Notes: generated by a model from the letters alone, not told the origin. Positions 29,849-38,742 are shown, numbered from the stretch's first letter. The stretch: DNA of 64,000 nt from an uncultured Pseudomonadota bacterium (GCA_963799725.1 CAWCYJ010000022.1:25508-89507); one strand, 5' to 3'. Numbers and translations are program-made.

Positions 29849-30115
29849 ATGCCTCAATCACAAGAGGAACCGTTGAAGTCTTCGCTACCGTGGCTCTATC
29901 ACAGCGTCATGGCTCGCGCACTGCAATCGGCTGCTTGGACAGCATACAACCAGGGCTTCCACTCTGACGATTCCCTTCCCTTTCGGGAAGTAGGAAGCAA
30001 GCTGTACCAACGAGTTACCGAGGAGAGGATTCGGGCACTGTATGCGAAAAGCGACGAGCAAAATCGACTTATCGAACGGAAGCTCCACACCGGGGCCGGC
30101 GGGTCAGGTCGCTAG
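29849..30115 (+). CDS. Hypothetical small protein (88 aa); paralogue of 47814..48074
   Basis: AGGAG lies 9 nt upstream of the ATG. It shares 26 of 60 residues in an ungapped hand alignment with the second copy (LQSxAWxAYN...HxDD...RxVGxxLY...IRxL...SDxQN). Confidence 0.5.
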   Translation: MPQSQEEPLKSSLPWLYHSVMARALQSAAWTAYNQGFHSDDSLPFREVGSKLYQRVTEERIRALYAKSDEQNRLIERKLHTGAGGSGR

Positions 30116-30316
30116 TCCAGCAAAGTCTGGCTTCCGAGAAACCTAGGTTACCTTAGGGCCAAGGTCGACATCTACGTCTCGTCGTAGCTCGACCTTTCCT
30201 GTAGCTCGGAAAACACTTCTCCGAGTTGTGATAAGGCCGCAGTCCCGGTTATGCGGCCTGGAAAGTGCCCGACTATGTTTCGAGAGAATGGGGAAACTGG
30301 TTCAACGGGGACTTAG

Positions 30317-32884
30317 ATGCCACTCGAAAAGTATGTCGAGAAGCGGGACTTTGATCGGACGCCCGAACCGGCTGGAGGTGACCCGAGTCTGACGCTGCCC
30401 AGATTCGTGGTACAGCTCCACAAGGCAACACGTCTGCACTATGATTTCCGTCTTGAGGTCGACGGTGTGCTGAAGAGTTGGGCAGTGCCCAAAGGCCCAT
30501 CCATGAATCCAGACGATAAGAGGCTGGCGATGATGGTTGAGGACCACCCGATGGACTACCGGCTTTTCGAAGGGATTATTCCAAAGGGTAACTACGGAGC
30601 TGGCACCGTAATGGTTTGGGATGAAGGCGAGTATACCGTCCCCGAGGGTGATGATCCGGAGATCATCGGCCATGCGATAAGGCTTGGGCTTCACAAAGGG
30701 CACTGCGCCTTCGCTCTCCGAGGCAAGAAGCTGCACGGCATATTCGACATCATCAAAGTTCGCGGTCGGAACGGAGAAGAGAACGCTTGGTTACTTGTAA
30801 AGCGTAAGGACGAGACTGCTTCCGAGAGCAATGTCTTGGAACAGGATCGCTCGGTACTGACAGGACGATCTTTAACAGAGATTGCCGAGCGGGCCTCTCA
30901 AGCCGGTGAGGTTTGGTTTTCCAACCAAGGTGATGCGGCCATAGATGTCGAAGACGCCCCGCGAGGACCAATGCCACAGAGTGTCCAGCCAATGCTTGCG
31001 AAGGAAGTGGCCGAGCCGTTTGACCGCCAAGGTTGGCTCTTCGAGGTGAAGTGGGATGGATATCGCGCTATCGCTCGAGTTCAACCGGAGGCGGAAGTTT
31101 CCATCTGCTCACGTAACGGTCTCTCCCTCAACGACCAATACCCGCAGGTCGTGGATGCGCTCCGCCTCCTCGGACACGCCGCCGTGTTGGATGGTGAGAT
31201 CGTTGTCGTCGATGAGCAGGGTAAGTCTCACTTTCAAAGGCTTCAAGAGTATCAGAGTAGACCTTCCGGCACTCTGATCTACTACGTGTTCGATATCCTC
31301 TTCCTCGATGGCCACGACTTGCAGGGCTTGCCCTTGAGAAGGCGTAAGGAGATTCTCAAGCAGCTGATAGGCGAAGGTGGCCGGGTACGGGTGAGCGATC
31401 ACATCGACGAAGAGGGCACAGCTCTTTTCGAAGTGGTGAAAGCTACTGGACTTGAGGGCATGATGGCTAAAAATGCAGGCAGTACCTATCTTCAGGGCAA
31501 GCGAAGCTCGGATTGGTTGAAGGTCAAGGCTTTGAACACCACCTTCGCTGTCGTCGGCGGATATACGGAGCCCCGAGGAGGACGTCAGCACTTTGGTGCT
31601 CTAGTTCTGGGGATGTACGAGGGTAAGAGCTTGAGCTACGCAGGCCATACAGGTGGGGGGTTCGACGACGCTCGATTGAGACAGGTTATCGACCTTTTGG
31701 AGCCATTGCAGACCCCGACGTGTCCTTTTGAGAGTGTACCGAAGACCAATGCTCCCGTGCACTGGGTAGAGCCTAAGGTGGTCTGTGAGATTGAATTGCG
31801 GGGCTGGACAAGCGCCGGAATCATGCGTCAGCCCGTCTTCAGGCGTTTAGCTCCAGAGGTAGAGGCGGTGTCGGTCGTCAGAGAGGAAGCGGCGCCTGTC
31901 GTAGCCACTCCGCCCTCTAAAGGGAACCGGCGGTTTGGCGCTAAGTCCTCAGACGTCATAACCCATGTCGACGGCCGCCGCCTAAAGCTCACCAATCTTG
32001 ATAAGGTCCTGTGGCCGGAAGAAGGCTATACAAAGGGTGACCTCATAAGCTACTACCGGGAGGTGTGCGAGTACATCCTTCCGTATCTGAAGGACCGGCC
32101 GGAGTCCCTTCACCGGCACCCGAACGGAATAGATCAAAAGGGCTTCTTCCAGAAGGACATGCCAGCAGAGACTCCTGATTGGATCCAGACGTGCTCGGTC
32201 TACTCCCCGACCCACGGAAAGGACGTCCGCTACCTGGTATGCCAGGAAGAAGCAACGTTGATCTATCTCGCCAATCTGGCCTGCATTGAAATAAATCCGT
32301 GGAGCTCGCGAACCCATTCGCTCGACCGACCGGACTTTATTGTTCTCGATCTAGATCCGTTGGACATCGACTTCAAATACGTCGTAGAGTGCGCCAACAT
32401 TACTCATGCAATCCTGACGGACCTTGAGATCCCCAGCTACTGCAAAACTACAGGCTCGAGAGGGATGCACATCTACATTCCCATGGAATCTCGTTACACC
32501 TACCAGCAAGCGAAGCAGTTTGCCGAGCTCCTTGCAAGGCTCGTGCACTCTCAGTACCCTGCTGTGACCAGCCTCGAAAGGATGCCGGCCAAGCGACGCG
32601 GCAAGATCTACCTCGACTTCCTACAAAACCGAGACGGCCAGACCTTAGCTGCGCCGTACAGCGCGAGGCCCAAGCCTCACGGCACAGTCTCCACACCGCT
32701 TCTCTGGGAGGAGGTGAACGAACACCTTAACCCTCGCGCCTTCACGATTAAGACGATTTCCAAACGTCTGAGCGAGGTTGGCGATCTATGGAAGCCGGTG
32801 TTGGAGCAGGGAGTCGATATGGGAGCGGTTCTTGAGGATCTTGGCAGGTCTAAGTATGCCCCTGGGCTCGCTGCCCTAGCCTGA
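30317..32884 (+). CDS. ligD: Multidomain ATP-dependent DNA ligase LigD (phosphoesterase-ligase-polymerase order)
   Basis: N-terminal 3'-phosphoesterase domain (FVVQLHKATRLHYDFRLE). Ligase adenylation motif FEVKWDGYR. C-terminal primase/polymerase domain (LTNLDKVLWPEEGYTKGDLI). Confidence 0.9.
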   Translation: MPLEKYVEKRDFDRTPEPAGGDPSLTLPRFVVQLHKATRLHYDFRLEVDGVLKSWAVPKGPSMNPDDKRLAMMVEDHPMDYRLFEGIIPKGNYGAGTVMVWDEGEYTVPEGDDPEIIGHAIRLGLHKGHCAFALRGKKLHGIFDIIKVRGRNGEENAWLLVKRKDETASESNVLEQDRSVLTGRSLTEIAERASQAGEVWFSNQGDAAIDVEDAPRGPMPQSVQPMLAKEVAEPFDRQGWLFEVKWDGYRAIARVQPEAEVSICSRNGLSLNDQYPQVVDALRLLGHAAVLDGEIVVVDEQGKSHFQRLQEYQSRPSGTLIYYVFDILFLDGHDLQGLPLRRRKEILKQLIGEGGRVRVSDHIDEEGTALFEVVKATGLEGMMAKNAGSTYLQGKRSSDWLKVKALNTTFAVVGGYTEPRGGRQHFGALVLGMYEGKSLSYAGHTGGGFDDARLRQVIDLLEPLQTPTCPFESVPKTNAPVHWVEPKVVCEIELRGWTSAGIMRQPVFRRLAPEVEAVSVVREEAAPVVATPPSKGNRRFGAKSSDVITHVDGRRLKLTNLDKVLWPEEGYTKGDLISYYREVCEYILPYLKDRPESLHRHPNGIDQKGFFQKDMPAETPDWIQTCSVYSPTHGKDVRYLVCQEEATLIYLANLACIEINPWSSRTHSLDRPDFIVLDLDPLDIDFKYVVECANITHAILTDLEIPSYCKTTGSRGMHIYIPMESRYTYQQAKQFAELLARLVHSQYPAVTSLERMPAKRRGKIYLDFLQNRDGQTLAAPYSARPKPHGTVSTPLLWEEVNEHLNPRAFTIKTISKRLSEVGDLWKPVLEQGVDMGAVLEDLGRSKYAPGLAALA

Positions 32885-32910
32885 GGCTCTCCGCGAAAGG
32901 CAGGCTCCGC

Positions 32911-34143
32911 CTACGTCTCGAGTGGGTATACCTGCACCGACTCACCGGGATCGACTCGAGAGACATCGGCCGGGACCCTGACTAGCGCATTTGCCCTTGC
33001 CAGGGGAAGAAGTAGGGATGAATCTTGTGAGCCGGAAAGTCGGGCGTGAAGTCTGCCTTCGCGAGCCGAGATAAACACCCGAAAGAACGTTTCCCGACCT
33101 CCCGCGTTGTCTAAGGTGTCGTCCGCTACAGCCTCGAGGGCGTCGGGGAGTGGATTCATAAGACCCATCATTTTGAGAATGACGGGCTTGGCAAAGACAT
33201 AGAAGGTAATCATTGTGCTGGTTGGATTGCCCGGAAGACCAAGAATCATGGTTCTGCTCTGGCCGATCGAATTCAACCACCCGAACATGAGCGGCTTTCC
33301 AGGCCGCATACGTACTCGCCAGAACTCGATCTCGCCTGTTTCCTCCAGCACAGTTTTCACGTAATCAAAGTCACCGACTGAGACGCCTCCAGAGCTTACG
33401 AGGAGATCAAGATCTCCGCAGCTCGCCAACACTCGGTGAAGCTCGGCTGGATCATCTTTCGCCATGCCCAGTACTTTCGGTTCTGCCCCGAGCTCGCGAA
33501 CGGCTGCGGCAAGTGCATGGGCATTGCTGTTATAAATCTGCCCCCAAGCGAGAGACAAACCCGGTTCCACGAGCTCATTGCCAGTGGCAAGCACTCCGAT
33601 TACCGGTCGCCTATAGACGCTGAGCGCCCCCCTTCCGACACCAGTGCACAGGCCAATGTGTCTAGCTGTAAGGCGGATACCCGGCTCGAGCACGGTATCT
33701 CCCGCATTGATGTCGAGGCCGGCAGGGCGGACGGCTGACCCAGGCGAGAGGTTGGAAGGAACACGGACCCACTCGTCTTCGGTCGTAGTCTCTTCAAACG
33801 GTACGACCGTGTCGGCCCCTTCAGGCATGGGCGCTCCCGTCATAATCCGGGCGACGTTCCCAGGCGATACGGACGCAGATTCCCGAGCACCGGCTGCGAT
33901 GCTTCCGCTCATACGAAGATTTACGCACGGCTCGCTGGATATCGTGTCCTGAGCGCGAAGAGCAAAACCATCCATCGCCGAATTGGCAAAGGGAGGTAAG
34001 TCGATAGGGGAGACCACTGCCTCGGCAAGTACTCGTCCTAGAGCATCATCGATCGCAACCGACTCGATCGCTAGACTCGAGACTGAGGATAGGATCTGTG
34101 CTCGAGCTACATCAACGCTAAGAAGCGATTCGGCTGTTGTCAG
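32911..34143 (-). CDS. moeA: Molybdopterin molybdenumtransferase
   Basis: Motif PPFANSAMDGFA plus the MoeA core. The conserved N-terminus (LLSVDVARAQIL...ALGRVLAEAVVSP) is encoded upstream of the first GTG at 34017. I propose the start at CTG 34141-34143, giving 410 aa. Confidence 0.8.
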   Translation of the reverse strand: MTTAESLLSVDVARAQILSSVSSLAIESVAIDDALGRVLAEAVVSPIDLPPFANSAMDGFALRAQDTISSEPCVNLRMSGSIAAGARESASVSPGNVARIMTGAPMPEGADTVVPFEETTTEDEWVRVPSNLSPGSAVRPAGLDINAGDTVLEPGIRLTARHIGLCTGVGRGALSVYRRPVIGVLATGNELVEPGLSLAWGQIYNSNAHALAAAVRELGAEPKVLGMAKDDPAELHRVLASCGDLDLLVSSGGVSVGDFDYVKTVLEETGEIEFWRVRMRPGKPLMFGWLNSIGQSRTMILGLPGNPTSTMITFYVFAKPVILKMMGLMNPLPDALEAVADDTLDNAGGRETFFRVFISAREGRLHARLSGSQDSSLLLPLARANALVRVPADVSRVDPGESVQVYPLET

Positions 34144-35342
34144 CCCGCCTCTCCGCGTAGGATCTTTTCGTACAGCATTCGAGTCGACGGAGCCGGTTGG
34201 GCAGCGAGGTGCTGTGCAAATAGCCGTTCGGCGTACCGGTAGAGCTGAATAGCCTCACTGCGACGCCCTGCCCTGGTCAGGTAGAGCATAAGCGCCTGAT
34301 AGGCGTTCTCGCGATAGGGATCAGCATCGAGAACTCGCTTCATGAAGCGAATGCTGTCGCTGAACTCACAACGGTCGGCGCAGATAGCTCCCGATCGGAA
34401 CATAGCGGATATCCAAAGCTCCCGGAGCTTCTCTCGGCGCTCACTTGGCCAGTCTTCATAAAGATTCTCATGCAGGAAGTCCTGGTTGTACACGGAAAGA
34501 GCGTTGAGGAACGTACCCAATGCAGCGTCCATCTCACCCGCCTCTTGGGCGTGACTTGCGAGGCGTACCTGTGCCTCAAACTCGTCGGCATCACACCAAT
34601 AATCCTGCTCGGTGTCCAAGCGCAGCGACTCGCCCTCCTCCACCAGGTATTGATGGCCTGGAAGATCCGACCGAAGCAGCTTCCGAAGTGCCCCGAGCCG
34701 ATCATCGAATTCCTTAGCGGCTACCGCTCGGTCCAGGTCAGGCCATGTCATGTAAAGCAGGGACTCACGGTCGACGTTTTGGTTGGGATTTGTGATCAAG
34801 TACTTCAGGATGAAGCGGGTCTTTGGGTCACCCGTTTCCTCATCGATGAGTGTCGAGTCGCCCATTGATACTCTAAACGGAGCCAGCGCATGCACTTTCA
34901 CGGTATCGACGCCCGTCGCAGCTGCCTTGGTCCTGTTCATCCAGACGCGAATACGAAGCAGGAGCTCATCAAGGTCAAACGGTTTCGGGATAAAGTCGTC
35001 CGCCCCACGGTGAAGCGCATCGAGTATGTCACTATGCGACGACTTGGCGCTGAGAACGATAATTGGGATCGCACCCAACAACCCTTCTTCCCTAAGCGTG
35101 TCCAGTACCTCAAAACCACTGATCTCGGGCATCATGAGGTCAAGAATCAGCAGAGATGGTTGCTGTGACCGGATAGCTCCCAAGCCCTCCCGACCGTTTC
35201 TTGCGGTTCGTACAGGAAAGCCTTCGTCGGTAAGAACGGCCGACAGGAAGGTTACAATGTCCGGCTCATCGTCGACAATCAGTATATCGCCGCGGTCGAC
35301 TTCCTTGGACACCAATACTTCCTCGGCTACGAGTCGCGCCAC
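34140..35342 (-). CDS. Response regulator with a receiver domain fused to an OmpR-type winged helix and a BTAD (SARP-like) domain
   Basis: Receiver motifs ILIVDDEPDI and LLILDLMMPEISG. The C-terminal TPR-like BTAD region includes YRENAYQALMLYLTRAGRRSEAIQLY. Confidence 0.8.
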   Translation of the reverse strand: MARLVAEEVLVSKEVDRGDILIVDDEPDIVTFLSAVLTDEGFPVRTARNGREGLGAIRSQQPSLLILDLMMPEISGFEVLDTLREEGLLGAIPIIVLSAKSSHSDILDALHRGADDFIPKPFDLDELLLRIRVWMNRTKAAATGVDTVKVHALAPFRVSMGDSTLIDEETGDPKTRFILKYLITNPNQNVDRESLLYMTWPDLDRAVAAKEFDDRLGALRKLLRSDLPGHQYLVEEGESLRLDTEQDYWCDADEFEAQVRLASHAQEAGEMDAALGTFLNALSVYNQDFLHENLYEDWPSERREKLRELWISAMFRSGAICADRCEFSDSIRFMKRVLDADPYRENAYQALMLYLTRAGRRSEAIQLYRYAERLFAQHLAAQPAPSTRMLYEKILRGEAG

Positions 35343-35400
35343 TATGGATTGTCCACGGCTAATAACTCGATGTCGAATTTCTTTTCATTATAGGTTTCTC

Positions 35401-36147
35401 ATGGACGTCTACGATGTCGTCGCACGCTATTACGATAACGAGCATAGTCACATTCGGCAAGATGTCGATATGTACATTCAGTTCGCGAGATCCTTCGGCG
35501 AATCGATCCTTGTCTGCGGAGTAGGAACGGGTCGGGTCGGATTGGGGCTTGCCCAGCATGGGTTCGAGACCTGGGGGTTCGATAACAGCCCCTCCATGTT
35601 GGCCAGGGCGCGAGAAAGCGCAGTTGCTACTCCCAACCTACACCTATTCGAGGCGGATATGACGTCCCTTGAATTGGGGCATGACTACTCATTGGTTGTC
35701 ATTCCGCTCGACTGTCTTACTGGACTTGGCACGTTGGAGGCTCAGCGAGCGGCGTTGTTGTCCGCCCAACGTCATCTCGAAGGAGACGGGATGCTCATCG
35801 TAGACGTCGTGAATCCGTTTCGTCTGCCGGTGTCGGACGAGAACGGGCTTGTTCGCACACGCTTTAGAGATGAGTCGCAAGGCCGGAAGCTAATCATCAC
35901 GGAATCTACTCAATGTGACGAAGCAGCTCAGCGACTTGAGCTTCTCCTCAGATACGATGTACTTTCACACCAGACCGTCGCGACTGAAACCGCGACCCTT
36001 ATCGTACGCTGGCTTTATCGATATGAGCTGGAGCTATTGGCGGAAGTATGCGGCCTTCAGACCGAGCACATTTATGGTGACTATGACCTGGCCGAGTACG
36101 TGACGAGCAGTCCAAGACTGATCTTGACCGCTACGCCCAATCGGTAG
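35401..36147 (+). CDS. Class I SAM-dependent methyltransferase
   Basis: Motif I ILVCGVGTGRVG. ATG 35401 follows an AT-rich divergent intergenic region. The longer track ORF from 35026 runs antisense to the regulator gene. Confidence 0.75.
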   Translation: MDVYDVVARYYDNEHSHIRQDVDMYIQFARSFGESILVCGVGTGRVGLGLAQHGFETWGFDNSPSMLARARESAVATPNLHLFEADMTSLELGHDYSLVVIPLDCLTGLGTLEAQRAALLSAQRHLEGDGMLIVDVVNPFRLPVSDENGLVRTRFRDESQGRKLIITESTQCDEAAQRLELLLRYDVLSHQTVATETATLIVRWLYRYELELLAEVCGLQTEHIYGDYDLAEYVTSSPRLILTATPNR

Positions 36148-36318
36148 TGACGCGATCCAGGGGACCATCCGCACTCGTATGGCATTCGACCCACAACTTG
36201 GACGCCGAGGTTCAGGCCTGCACCATGTCGCTACATTCCCGAGAATTGCTCTGATCGTACAGAAGGCACGGTGACAACAAATCCGCAATAGATCGGGAGG
36301 ATGGAGTGGAATTGCCGT

Positions 36319-36828
36319 TTATGGTCCCTGCGCTCCCCGCATGGAGCTCTCGATCGCCTGAACCTCCTCCCTTGTCAAGGAGAACTCGGATTTGGCTCCG
36401 GTAACGGGTTTTGCAAAGAGCTTGCTTTCCAGCCTCGAGTGCAAACCGCTAATGACAACGCCGTCACCACGACTATCAAGGATGGCAAGCGAGAAACTCT
36501 GGTTTCCTCCGGTGTCATGAAAGGGGCTGAAGCGCACCAACCCGACATGACGCACCATGCTGGGCACGTCTGAGGAAAGCTCGTCCAGCCGGCTTTGCAA
36601 ATTCCTGACTTGACCTGAGAGATGCTTGACGGTTTCCATGTACTGGAGCAGAAGGCCCTCGACGTTTCCCCCTTCAACTTCGCTCAGCATCGAGTCCATC
36701 CTTGAGTGAAGGCGTCGCTGCTGAGTCGACAGCCTAAGTACCCAAAAGAAAACTGCAACGACAATAATGGCAAGGCCGAGCCAGAAGTCGAACATGTGGC
36801 TGTTGACATAACTTTGCATCTTTCGCAC
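36319..36828 (-). CDS. DUF4446-family protein
   Basis: N-terminal TM segment, a coiled region, and the C-terminal motif VGLVRFSPFHDTGGNQSFSLAILDSRGDGVVISGLHSR. Confidence 0.6.
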   Translation of the reverse strand: MRKMQSYVNSHMFDFWLGLAIIVVAVFFWVLRLSTQQRRLHSRMDSMLSEVEGGNVEGLLLQYMETVKHLSGQVRNLQSRLDELSSDVPSMVRHVGLVRFSPFHDTGGNQSFSLAILDSRGDGVVISGLHSRLESKLFAKPVTGAKSEFSLTREEVQAIESSMRGAQGP

Positions 36829-37000
36829 TCACTCCCGGGACGTCTTTCGGCCTCCACCGCACCGTTAAGGGAGGCAGGCCCGTGTATAATACCGCAGACT
36901 TGAGGCGGCATAATTCCGCCCATACGCTGATGGTCCTAGATAAAAGGACGGGTCTGCGTTAGCGTCGCTTTTCAGGCTACCGTGAAGGAGCTCACTTGTA

Positions 37001-37342
37001 ATGCCCCCTAAGAAAAGTACAAGGGCTGCCAGGGCCAGACGGCAACCCGTTCGACCACGGCCGCCTCGAGCTGCGGCCGAACCGTCAGTAACTGATAGCA
37101 CGGCTGAGTTGAACCCTATCGGCTCGTCCACAGCCATAGAGTCTGCCTCGCGGCCGCCAAGGCCATCCTCCTCTAGGGTCACGTCGGCTCGCACGAACGC
37201 TCCAAGAGCCCGTACAACGCGCTCTCCAGCTCAGATCGTCATCGGAAATTATGGGTATCTGCGCCACGATCTGCGGATCCTAGGAGTACTTGCTCCGACC
37301 CTTATCGTTATCCTGGTTATTCTGTCGTTCGTGGTTCACTGA
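37001..37342 (+). CDS. Hypothetical small protein: basic Arg/Pro-rich N-terminus with a single C-terminal TM helix
   Basis: GAAGGAG lies 8 nt upstream of the ATG. The C-terminus reads NYGYLRHDLRILGVLAPTLIVILVILSFVV. The stop overlaps the proposed selA start. Confidence 0.5.
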   Translation: MPPKKSTRAARARRQPVRPRPPRAAAEPSVTDSTAELNPIGSSTAIESASRPPRPSSSRVTSARTNAPRARTTRSPAQIVIGNYGYLRHDLRILGVLAPTLIVILVILSFVVH

Positions 37343-38742
37343 GCCCTCCTCCAGTACAGGCGCCACCGTCTGTTGATAAGCTCCTCTCGGATGGCAGGCT
37401 GAGCCGTCTTGCCGAGGAACTGGATCACAGAACTCTTGTGGCCCTCGCACGCCAGGCTTGCTCCGCTTGGCGGGAGCGCGTATCTGCAGGAGAGGAAGTT
37501 GAAGCCAGCAAGATCGTCCCCGACATCACAGCGCGAGGCCACGATCTCTTAGAACTGGCGCCACGGCAGGTGGTCAATGCGACGGGAACAATCCTCCATA
37601 CGAACCTGGGTCGAGCGCCTCTTGCACTTTCTGCCCGCGACGCGATCCGTAGATCCGCTGGCTACGTGAGTCTCGATTACGACCTCTCCAATGGCACTCG
37701 AGGATCGCGTAACGAGCACGTGGAAACCCATCTAACCACGCTCCTAGGATCTGAGGCGGCAACCTTCGTGGTTAACAACGCGGCAGGTATGCTGCTTAGC
37801 CTAACTGCCCTTGCTAAACGCAAAGAAGTGCTTGTTTCACGGGGCGAGTCGGTGGAAATTGGGGACGGTTTCAGAGTGCCGGAGCTTCTACAGCAGAGCG
37901 GCGCTCGCTTGCGGGAGGTCGGGACCACTAATCGGACCTATGTAGCGGACTTCGCCACAGCTATCGGAGAACGCACCGGTGCAATCTTAGCTGTGCACAC
38001 AAGCAATTTTGCTATCGTCGGTTTCACAGAGCGAGTGCCACTCTCGACGTTGGCCGACCTCGCCCATGCTAGGGGCCTATTAATGCTGGTCGACAACGGG
38101 TCAGGAGCGCTGGTCGACACGGCGGCGTTCGGGCTGGCGCATGAGCCCACACCGGTTGAGGCATTACGGGCTGGCGCTGATCTAGTCATGTTTTCGACGG
38201 ACAAGCTTCTTGGTGGTCCCCAGGGCGGAGTCATCGCCGGACGAAAGGAACTTATCGACCGGGTTCGCCGCCACCCTCTGGCACGCGCACTTCGACCGGA
38301 TAAGACAGCCGTGGCGGCTCTTCGAGCGACGCTTCAGGAATATCTGCGAGGTCGTCCCGAGAGGATACCGGTAGTCGAAATGATGGCTCAGTCCTCCACG
38401 GTCTTGCACGAGCGGGCGGAGCGAGTGGTGCGACGTCTGAATCCAAGGTCCCAACACCGCGTTGAGATCGTGGAATGCGAGTCAACAGTGGGTGGAGGCT
38501 CATTACCGGCTCAGATTTTGCCATCGGTAGGGCTACAGCTGACCCATACACTTGGGGCGAGACGGCTAGCGGCTAAGTTGAGGGCGCAAGCAGTGCCGGT
38601 TGTCGGGCGGATTCACCGTCGGCATGTCGTCTTAGATCTCAGGACAGTTCTTTCAGAGGAGGATGAATTGCTCGCGTTGGGAATTGACGGAGCTTTCTCT
38701 CCGGAAGAAGGGGCTGTAGTCTTGAGAGCGACTGATGGATGA
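37339..38742 (+). CDS. selA: L-seryl-tRNA(Sec) selenium transferase
   Basis: PLP-lysine motif FSTDKLLGGPQGG, plus HTNLGRAPL and VNNAAGMLL. The conserved N-terminal PSVDKLL motif is encoded upstream of the first GTG (37438). I propose the start at CTG 37339, giving 467 aa. Confidence 0.8.
   Translation: MSPPPVQAPPSVDKLLSDGRLSRLAEELDHRTLVALARQACSAWRERVSAGEEVEASKIVPDITARGHDLLELAPRQVVNATGTILHTNLGRAPLALSARDAIRRSAGYVSLDYDLSNGTRGSRNEHVETHLTTLLGSEAATFVVNNAAGMLLSLTALAKRKEVLVSRGESVEIGDGFRVPELLQQSGARLREVGTTNRTYVADFATAIGERTGAILAVHTSNFAIVGFTERVPLSTLADLAHARGLLMLVDNGSGALVDTAAFGLAHEPTPVEALRAGADLVMFSTDKLLGGPQGGVIAGRKELIDRVRRHPLARALRPDKTAVAALRATLQEYLRGRPERIPVVEMMAQSSTVLHERAERVVRRLNPRSQHRVEIVECESTVGGGSLPAQILPSVGLQLTHTLGARRLAAKLRAQAVPVVGRIHRRHVVLDLRTVLSEEDELLALGIDGAFSPEEGAVVLRATDG

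Noticed and set aside
30231-30259. The hairpin GGCCGCA-N10-TGCGGCC upstream of ligD, considered as a possible terminator or regulatory element.
   Set aside because: It is not followed by a U-tract, the stem is short, and it occurs only once in the window. There is insufficient evidence for any function.
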